NCBI GenBank assembly: GCA_016206875.1
Contig: JACQQR010000267.1
Location: forward strand, 1-38,807
Length of the DNA: 38,807 nucleotides
Origin: Candidatus Omnitrophota bacterium
GTDB lineage: Bacteria > Omnitrophota > Omnitrophia > Omnitrophales > JACROU01
Direction of reading: 5' to 3'
In this document: piece after piece, positions 26,270-32,524 of the stretch
Layout: each line of letters opens with the position of its first letter
How positions within the stretch are numbered: the stretch's first letter is position 1
Notes under the pieces: model-generated
What the model was told of the DNA's origin: nothing
Database searches by the model: none
Seen by the model: only the letters and a program-made list of their open reading frames with translations
Translations under genes and position numbers: made by a program

Positions 26270-26878
26270 ATGAATATTCAAGTGATTCAGCCCGGCCGGC
26301 TGGAAATAAAAGAGATGGCCTCTTTATCGGAGGCGTTGGTTAAAAAATTATATCCGGAATTTCAACCCATTCGTTTGCCGGGCTGGTTAGCGTCCAAAAC
26401 GGAAGAGGGGATATGGATTTACGAATGTTCACAGAAAATACTGATTGTTTTTTTCTGGCGGGAGGCCCCTGAGCTTTTAGAAAATCTAACCCGTCTTACG
26501 AAAATACAATCATCCTGGTCTAATTTTGTATCCGGTTTTGACGCTCAAAATCACATTGCCACAGCCATTTTTGCCAAAGAAATTCCTTCTTCGATTTTAA
26601 AATTATTTTCACAGGATTCTTCCGTTCGGCTGTTTGAATTAACACTTCAAGATGAAGAGCAAACTTTATTTGTCAAAGAGAAAACGGAGAATCATTCATC
26701 CCCGGAGAAGAAAAAAATAAAATCCGAAATCGCCCCGCCTAAAAGCGCCGGACCGGAAGGCGCTGTGAGGCAAGAAGCCGCTTTCTCCTCCTTTTTTTAC
26801 AAAATGGGAAAGCTCTCCGAAGAAGAATTAACCCGGTTTGTTGAGTTGGAAGCCGATTTAGCGCAAACACAATTTTGA
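26270..26878 (+). CDS. Hypothetical protein, no family recognised
   Basis: The ORF is 202 aa and starts 2 nt after the preceding stop. It has a ~140-aa N-terminal globular region, a Lys/Pro/Ser-rich linker and a C-terminal amphipathic segment (FFYKMGKLSEEELTRFVELEADL). Confidence 0.6.
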   Translation: MNIQVIQPGRLEIKEMASLSEALVKKLYPEFQPIRLPGWLASKTEEGIWIYECSQKILIVFFWREAPELLENLTRLTKIQSSWSNFVSGFDAQNHIATAIFAKEIPSSILKLFSQDSSVRLFELTLQDEEQTLFVKEKTENHSSPEKKKIKSEIAPPKSAGPEGAVRQEAAFSSFFYKMGKLSEEELTRFVELEADLAQTQF

Positions 26879-26881
26879 CAA

Positions 26882-26914
26882 ACAGGGCGAGATTCAGTTT
26901 ACTTGCCCTGTTTT
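26882..26914 (+). terminator. Intrinsic terminator closing the ParA-CBM48 module
   Basis: ACAGGGC (26882-26888) pairs with GCCCTGT (26905-26911), followed by TTTT. A possible promoter, TTTACT-16-TATAAT (26898-26925), overlaps it and faces the next gene. Confidence 0.5.
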
Positions 26915-26983
26915 CTCATTATAATGAACGCCTTTATTGCCTGAAGGTTCCGCGCCGGCGGCGTTTCTCTAAAGAGGTTATGA

Positions 26984-27700
26984 ATGCCTACATTTAAGCA
27001 AGACTTAGAAGTGTTAAAGAAGGTGCAAGTATTGGACAAAGAAGTGTACGATTTAGGCGTTCTTCTCTCGCAGTTGCCCGAGCGCCTTGCCGTTTTGGAC
27101 CGTGATCTGGAAGAGAAAAAAGCCCGCTACTTGCAAGTGGAAGAAGAAATCAAACAGCTGCATCTCGCCGTAAAAGAAAAAGAATTGGACCTCGGCAAGA
27201 AAGACAGTGAAATTAAAAAATTAGACGGCCATTTATCCCAAGTAAAGACCAATAAAGAATACTCGGCCATCCTCCAGGAAATTGCCAATATCAAAGCCGA
27301 TAAGGGAATTTTTGAAGAAAAGATTCTTACGGATTGGGACCGCGCGGATCGGTTACATGCCCAGCGCGAAGAAGAGAAGAAAAAAATCGACGCGGAACAG
27401 AGCAAAACGGATCAATTAAAAGCGGCGATTCAATCAGAAGCTAAACAGGCAGAAGAAAAAATTAAACAATTAAAATCAGAGCGCAAACAAGTATTAGAGC
27501 CCGTGAGCAAAGAAATGAAAGAGCTGTACGAAAAAATTCTCGCCAAACGCGAAGGAATCGCCCTGGCAAAAATAGACGGTGAAAATTGCGGTGGGTGCCA
27601 GTTTCTTCTTCGTCCTCAAATCATCAGCGAAGCACAGCTTGAAGAGAATGTCACGCTCTGCGAGCGTTGTACTCGCATTCTCTACGTCGAACCCAAGTAA
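26984..27700 (+). CDS. COG1579-type coiled-coil protein with a C-terminal C4 zinc ribbon
   Basis: It has a long heptad-rich coiled coil, a KTNKEYSAILQEI motif, and CGGC...CERC cysteine pairs at the C-terminus. Confidence 0.82.
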   Translation: MPTFKQDLEVLKKVQVLDKEVYDLGVLLSQLPERLAVLDRDLEEKKARYLQVEEEIKQLHLAVKEKELDLGKKDSEIKKLDGHLSQVKTNKEYSAILQEIANIKADKGIFEEKILTDWDRADRLHAQREEEKKKIDAEQSKTDQLKAAIQSEAKQAEEKIKQLKSERKQVLEPVSKEMKELYEKILAKREGIALAKIDGENCGGCQFLLRPQIISEAQLEENVTLCERCTRILYVEPK

Positions 27701-27826
27701 TTCCCTCAACGTTACGTTATTTTAGCCTGCCTTCAATGGGTTAGCCGGCGGACTCATTGTGCCATATTGTCATGTCCTCCTTGCTTTCTGTCCCTGATTC
27801 CATTTAATCCCATATTAAAAATATTA

Positions 27827-27855
27827 TTGACACACTTTCTACTTAGACATACACT
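27827..27855 (+). promoter_or_regulatory. Candidate mraZ (dcw) promoter
   Basis: TTGACA (27827-27832), a 17-nt spacer, then TACACT (27850-27855). It lies 45 nt upstream of the mraZ GTG. Confidence 0.5.
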
Positions 27856-27867
27856 GTGCCCGTCATA

Positions 27868-27895
27868 AAGTGGTGAAAAGTGGTGGAAAGTGGTG
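27868..27895 (+). promoter_or_regulatory. Putative MraZ operator: three direct AAGTGGTG repeats at exact 10-bp phasing
   Basis: AAGTGGTG occurs at 27868, 27878 and 27888. A fourth degenerate unit, ACAGTG, overlaps the GTG start codon at 27900. This matches the known habit of MraZ binding phased GTGG/TGGG-type direct repeats in its own promoter region. Confidence 0.6.
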
Positions 27896-27899
27896 AACA

Positions 27900-28346
27900 G
27901 TGTTCTACGGTGAATACGCACATAATATCGATAAGAAAGGCCGCTTAATTGTGCCGGCGCGCTTTCGAGAAATTTTTAAAGAGCGCTATGCGGAAAAGTG
28001 TTACGTCACGCGCGGCTTGGACAAGTGCTTATTTTTATTCACCGAAGAAGATTGGAAACAGCAGGAAAAAAAATTTAAAGAACTTTCGTTTACCCGGGAA
28101 GAGGCAAGAAAGTTTAACCGATTATATTTTTCCGGAGCCGCGGAAGTCATTTGCGACGCGCAAGGCCGGATATTAATTCCTCAATATCTGTTGGATTATG
28201 CGCTGATCAAAGAAGATGTAATGATTGTGGGTGTTTCGGACCGCGTGGAAATTTGGTCAAAAGACAAGTGGGGTGAATTTTTTAATTCATCCATTGATAG
28301 TTTCGAATCCCTGGCAGAAAAGCTGATTGAAGATAAAAAGGATTGA
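27900..28346 (+). CDS. mraZ: Transcriptional regulator MraZ
   Basis: (GTG)FYGEYAHNIDKKGRLIVPARFRE lines up with the canonical MraZ N-terminus. The second SpoVT/AbrB-like repeat, DAQGRILIPQYL, is present. Confidence 0.92.
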   Translation: MFYGEYAHNIDKKGRLIVPARFREIFKERYAEKCYVTRGLDKCLFLFTEEDWKQQEKKFKELSFTREEARKFNRLYFSGAAEVICDAQGRILIPQYLLDYALIKEDVMIVGVSDRVEIWSKDKWGEFFNSSIDSFESLAEKLIEDKKD

Positions 28347-28380
28347 AATCCATAAAACCTATAGCGAAAGGAAGGTGAAC

Positions 28381-28725
28381 ATGGAGTTCGCACGCAGAAC
28401 CGGAAGAGGCACGGGAGTGAATGTCATTCGTTGCAACAATTTAAGGGCTTCTTATGTTGTGGATCTCAGAAACAAAATGAATCGTCTCATGAACCGTAAA
28501 AATTTCCGGTTGGTTGTGGATTTGGGCTCAGCCCGGAAAATGGATGCGGCCGGACTCGGCATTCTCGTTGAGCGGTTGATGAGAAATCGCCAGCAAAAAG
28601 GCAATGTCAAATTGTGCAGCGTGCGTCCAGAAATTTCACGGATGATGATGCGTGTTGGAGTCAATCGTGTATTCGAAGTGTTTAATACCAGGGAAGAAGC
28701 GTTAAATAGCTTCCGGGAAATGTAG
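28381..28725 (+). CDS. STAS-domain protein (anti-sigma-factor antagonist-like)
   Basis: LVVDLGSARKMDAAGLGILVERL ... LCSVRPEISRMMMRVGVNRVFEVFNTREEAL is a typical SpoIIAA/STAS core. I chose the ATG at 28381, which follows GGAAGG. Confidence 0.8.
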   Translation: MEFARRTGRGTGVNVIRCNNLRASYVVDLRNKMNRLMNRKNFRLVVDLGSARKMDAAGLGILVERLMRNRQQKGNVKLCSVRPEISRMMMRVGVNRVFEVFNTREEALNSFREM

Positions 28726-28726
28726 T

Positions 28727-29617
28727 TTGCATGAGTCGGTTTTAAAACAGGAAGTGCTTGCCTATTTAAACCCAAAGCCGGGTTCCGTGGTGCTGGATGC
28801 CACAGTGGGAAGTGGCGGGCACACTGAAGCCTTGGCCGAGAAAGCTCTACTCAGCCGAAACGCACAGGATGGATTGATTCTGGGTTTAGATCAGGACCCT
28901 GAAGCGATTCGCACGAGTCGCTTGCGGCTCGCTCGCTTCGGCGCTCGCGTTGTGCTTGTTGAATCCAATTTTCGTAATCTAGATCAAGTGCTCAGTCAAT
29001 ATCCCCAATTACAATTTGACGCCATTCTGTTTGACTTGGGATATTCGCTTGACCAAGTGCGTGCGGCTGGGCGGGGTTTCAGTTTTATGTCGGATGCGCC
29101 TCTGGATATGCGCATGAGCCTTAAGTCCCCGCTTCTTGCAGCCGATTTTATCAATGATACGTCAGAGCAAGAATTAGCCAGGATTTTTTGGGAATTCGCA
29201 GAGGTGCACAACAGCCGGCGGGTGGCCCGAATCCTTGTAGAGGAGCGCAAGAAGAAGCGCATTCAAACGACATTGGAACTGGTGCATCTCCTGGAAAAAG
29301 CGGGTGTTCGCCGCCGCGGGAAAATTCATCCTGCAACACAAATTTTCCAGGCATTACGGATGGCCGTAAATGACGAATTAGGCGCCTGTCAGGAAGGCAT
29401 TCATAAAGCCCTGGATGTTTTAAAACCGTTCGGCCGGCTCGCCGTGATTACATTTCATTCCGTAGAAGACCGGCTCGTGAAATATTTATTCCGGGAAGAA
29501 GAAAAAAAAGGCCGGATTCGATTGGTGAATAAAAAAGTTATCGTGCCCTCAAGGCAGGAAGTGCTCAGAAATCCACGGTCGAGAAGCGCAAAATTGAGAG
29601 TGGTTGAAAAACTTTAG
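28727..29617 (+). CDS. rsmH: 16S rRNA (cytosine1402-N4)-methyltransferase
   Basis: It has HESVLKQEVL, LDATVGSGGHTEAL, DLGYS, SFMSDAPLDMRM and FHSVEDR motifs. The TTG start sits directly after the STAS stop. Confidence 0.92.
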   Translation: MHESVLKQEVLAYLNPKPGSVVLDATVGSGGHTEALAEKALLSRNAQDGLILGLDQDPEAIRTSRLRLARFGARVVLVESNFRNLDQVLSQYPQLQFDAILFDLGYSLDQVRAAGRGFSFMSDAPLDMRMSLKSPLLAADFINDTSEQELARIFWEFAEVHNSRRVARILVEERKKKRIQTTLELVHLLEKAGVRRRGKIHPATQIFQALRMAVNDELGACQEGIHKALDVLKPFGRLAVITFHSVEDRLVKYLFREEEKKGRIRLVNKKVIVPSRQEVLRNPRSRSAKLRVVEKL

Positions 29618-29685
29618 GTCCTGCCGCCGCCGCTGTGGGGAAAATATCGGCGGAACCTAATGCAGCATACTGATCGAAGGCCGCC

Positions 29686-30048
29686 ATGATTCGAAAATTT
29701 TTGATATCTCTTTCCGTGATTGCCGTGCTTCTGGGTTATGTGGCCCAGGAAGTGAATCTGATTCGTCTTTCCTATGAAATTGATCGCAAAGAAAAAATAT
29801 TTCAGGAAATTCTGGAAGAAGAGAAGCAGTTAAAATTTAAAGTGGCTTATTTAAAATCTCCCGGCCGGCTGGACGCCATGATGGAAGCCGCCAAAATCAA
29901 CTTTCACCTGCCGCGTGAAATTCGAATTGTGAAATTAAGTCTCCAAGAGGGTATGCCGGCGCAAAATACGCCGGCGGGTTCGGAGGGGCGCTTTGGAAAC
30001 TGGCTTAATTGGATTCAAGAAGCCCAGGCAAAAACAACTCGCGGTTGA
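29686..30048 (+). CDS. ftsL: Cell division protein FtsL-like
   Basis: It is 120 aa, with a single N-terminal TM helix (LISLSVIAVLLGYVA) followed by a coiled coil. Its position between rsmH and ftsI fits. Confidence 0.7.
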   Translation: MIRKFLISLSVIAVLLGYVAQEVNLIRLSYEIDRKEKIFQEILEEEKQLKFKVAYLKSPGRLDAMMEAAKINFHLPREIRIVKLSLQEGMPAQNTPAGSEGRFGNWLNWIQEAQAKTTRG

Positions 30049-31834
30049 GAGCCGGATAGGCTCTACTAAGGCGTTCTCCTTTTCAAGGGCGCCCTTGGCT
30101 CTTCGGCGCCCTGCCATTTCTGAACAGAGAGTGCGAGTTCTTTTTCTCATCGTCTCTTTCCTGTTCCTTGTTCTTATGCTGCGACTGACCAGTTTGGCCT
30201 GGTTTCAAAGGGAAAAATTTTCCGAAAGGGCGAAGCGACAGCATAATTTGATTGTAGAAATTCAGCCAAAACGCGGAATTATTTACGATAAAAATCTCAA
30301 GGAGATGGCTACTTCCCTGAGAGTGCCCTCCATTTATGCGGTGCCCCGGTTGATCCTCGAGAAACATAAAAACCAAGTTGCCCGCGAGCTCTCCAAAATA
30401 TTGGGTGTGGAATATCCGCTTCTTCGCGAGCGTCTATCGCGGGATAAATCTTTTGTGTGGATTGCCCGGCGCGTGCCGGAGGAGCGTGCAAATGCCGTTC
30501 GAAATTTAAAAAATCTGAATATAGGCATTGTTCCGGAATACAAACGCTTTTATCCCAATTCTTCTCTGATGTCCAATGTCGTCGGTTTTTGCGGAATCGA
30601 CAACAACGGCCTGGAAGGTTTGGAACTGCATTTCGACTCCTATCTAAAGGGAAAAACGGGATTTCGTTATACCCAGCGGGACGCCATGGGCCGTGAAATC
30701 GTCGCCCGGGAAGAAAAACTGATTCCCGCGGTGAATGGATATCACATGGTGCTTACCATCGACCAGTACATTCAATATCTCACAGAAAAGGAGCTGGCGG
30801 CGGCTTGCACGCAGTGGAATGCCAAAGGGGGAGTGGCGATGGTGATGAATCCCAATGATGGGGCTATTATTGCCATGGCTTCCTGGCCTTCGTATGATCC
30901 CAATCATATTCAAGATTCGCCTGCCGCAAACCGGCGGAACCGTACGGTCACGGATATTTTTGAGCCGGGTTCTGTGTTTAAAATCGTAACGATGTCGGCG
31001 GCGTTGAATGAAGGCGTAAGTTCCATTCATGATAAATATTTTTGCGAGAACGGGGCCTGGACGGTTGGGCGGCGGGTGTTGCATGATGTGCATCCTTACG
31101 GCACACTCAGTCTCGAAGAGGTTCTGATCAAATCCAGCAATATCGGAACGGTGAAAGTGGCTTCCCGTTTAGGACCCGAGAAGCTCTATTCTTATATCAG
31201 ACAGTTTGGGTTTGGCGAACTGACCGGGGTAGAGGTGCGGGGGGAAGTGCCCGGAATCCTCCGTCCGCCAGGCCGGTGGTCGGGCACTTCCATGTCTGCT
31301 ATTCCTATCGGCCAGGAAGTGGCCTCTACGGCGATTCAATGCTTATCCGCTTTGAATGTGATTGCCAACGGAGGAACACTGTATAAACCCCATCTTTTGA
31401 ACAAAATTATTGATGACAAAGGCATTGAAATAGCGACGAAGAAAATAGAGTCAAGAAGAAATGTTCTCAAACCCGAAACTGCGAGAACCATGAAGAAAAT
31501 TCTTCAAAAAGTTATTGAAGAAGGGACGGGTAAAAACGCCATCATTGAAGGGATCCCTGTTGCGGGAAAAACCGGAACGGCTCAGAAAATTCTATCCACG
31601 GGAGGATATTCCCACAGCAATTTCTTTGCTTCTTTTATCGGCTTTGCGCCGGTGGAAAATCCTTTGTTGAGCATGATTGTAGTTTTGGATGACCCGCATC
31701 CCAGTTATTATGGAGGCACAGTGGCTGCGCCTATATTTAAAAAAGTGATGGAACAATCTCTTTTATATATGGGATATAGGCCTTCGAAGAAGGATTCAAC
31801 TGGATCCTGGGAACAGGGGAAAAAAGCTGCGTAA
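29993..31834 (+). CDS. ftsI: Penicillin-binding protein 3 / peptidoglycan D,D-transpeptidase FtsI
   Basis: It has a TM anchor (VLFLIVSFLFLVLMLRL), a PBP dimerisation domain and the transpeptidase motifs SVFK, SSN and KTGTA. The start is uncertain: TTG 29993, TTG 30095 and GTG 30131 are all in frame before the TM helix. Confidence 0.88.
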   Translation: METGLIGFKKPRQKQLAVESRIGSTKAFSFSRAPLALRRPAISEQRVRVLFLIVSFLFLVLMLRLTSLAWFQREKFSERAKRQHNLIVEIQPKRGIIYDKNLKEMATSLRVPSIYAVPRLILEKHKNQVARELSKILGVEYPLLRERLSRDKSFVWIARRVPEERANAVRNLKNLNIGIVPEYKRFYPNSSLMSNVVGFCGIDNNGLEGLELHFDSYLKGKTGFRYTQRDAMGREIVAREEKLIPAVNGYHMVLTIDQYIQYLTEKELAAACTQWNAKGGVAMVMNPNDGAIIAMASWPSYDPNHIQDSPAANRRNRTVTDIFEPGSVFKIVTMSAALNEGVSSIHDKYFCENGAWTVGRRVLHDVHPYGTLSLEEVLIKSSNIGTVKVASRLGPEKLYSYIRQFGFGELTGVEVRGEVPGILRPPGRWSGTSMSAIPIGQEVASTAIQCLSALNVIANGGTLYKPHLLNKIIDDKGIEIATKKIESRRNVLKPETARTMKKILQKVIEEGTGKNAIIEGIPVAGKTGTAQKILSTGGYSHSNFFASFIGFAPVENPLLSMIVVLDDPHPSYYGGTVAAPIFKKVMEQSLLYMGYRPSKKDSTGSWEQGKKAA

Positions 31835-31841
31835 CAATGAA

Positions 31842-32279
31842 ATGTTTAAACATGTTTGCCGATCATTCCTTTTCGCTTGTATCTTGTTACATTTCATACT
31901 CGTTCCTGCCCATGCTCATGAACAAAAATTATATTCAGTGCTCACGGTCAAAGGTCATGCGTTGAACATCGAGTGGGCTTATACCCTAGAGCAAAGAAAA
32001 AAGGGGCTCTCGAAACGGTTTTCTCTGGCAGAAAATGAGGGCATGCTTTTTGATCAGGGCAGGGAGACGGAACTATCCTTTTGGATGAAGGATACGGCTA
32101 TTCCTTTAAGCATTGCGTTTATCGGAGAAGACGGGAGCATCCAGCAAATAGAAGATATGACGCCTTATTCAAACCGGCGTATTCGTTCGAAGAAAAAGGC
32201 CCGTTATGCCTTAGAGGTGAATCGCGGCTGGTTTTCCCGCCGTAACATCCGTCCCGGAGATACTGTGAGCTTGCCGTGA
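31842..32279 (+). CDS. DUF192 (COG1430) family protein with a signal peptide
   Basis: It has an N-terminal hydrophobic leader, then GLS.R..L.ENEGMLF......SFWMKDT.IPLSIAFI..DG.I and ALEVNRGWF, the typical DUF192 pattern. Confidence 0.75.
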   Translation: MFKHVCRSFLFACILLHFILVPAHAHEQKLYSVLTVKGHALNIEWAYTLEQRKKGLSKRFSLAENEGMLFDQGRETELSFWMKDTAIPLSIAFIGEDGSIQQIEDMTPYSNRRIRSKKKARYALEVNRGWFSRRNIRPGDTVSLP

Positions 32280-32287
32280 GCTTACCG

Positions 32288-32316
32288 TAGAAAAAGCTTT
32301 CCGTTTGGCTTATAAT
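32288..32316 (+). promoter_or_regulatory. Candidate promoter for tRNA-Pro
   Basis: TAGAAA (32288-32293), a 17-nt spacer, then TATAAT (32311-32316). The mature tRNA 5' end lies 12 nt downstream. Confidence 0.35.
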
Positions 32317-32327
32317 TCGTGGCTCAT

Positions 32328-32405
32328 CGGGATGTGGCTCAGCTTGGCTAGAGCGCTTCGTTCGGGACGAAGAGGTCGGGGGTTCGAATCCCCCCATCCC
32401 GACCA
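32328..32405 (+). tRNA. tRNA-Pro (anticodon CGG) with encoded CCA
   Basis: I folded the cloverleaf by hand. The acceptor is CGGGATG/CATCCCG, the D stem GCTC/GAGC and the anticodon stem CTTCG/CGAAG with loop TTCGGGA (CGG). The T arm is GGGGG-TTCGAAT-CCCCC, with discriminator A and then CCA. Confidence 0.9.
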
Positions 32406-32416
32406 AATGAGGAACT

Positions 32417-32480
32417 GTCCCCTCCGCCTTGAAATGGAATGCGGTACTTGGCGGATTCGCCCTTTGGCGGAGGAGGGGAC
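32417..32480 (+). other. Structured tRNA trailer / hppA leader: long bulged hairpin with an inner hairpin
   Basis: GTCCCCTCCGCC (32417-32428) pairs with GGCGGAGG(AGG)GGAC (32466-32480) with a 3-nt bulge. An inner GGCG-GATT-CGCC hairpin lies at 32450-32461. No T-run follows. Confidence 0.4.
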
Positions 32481-32524
32481 TGTCTCTCACCTGATATAGC
32501 TGGGGAATATAGAAAGGGGTTGCT

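Noticed and set aside
27868-27902. The short phased repeats before mraZ as a mini CRISPR array or a tandem satellite
   Set aside because: The units are 8 nt at 10-nt spacing, with only 3 or 4 copies and no spacers of CRISPR length. The position and motif fit an MraZ operator far better.
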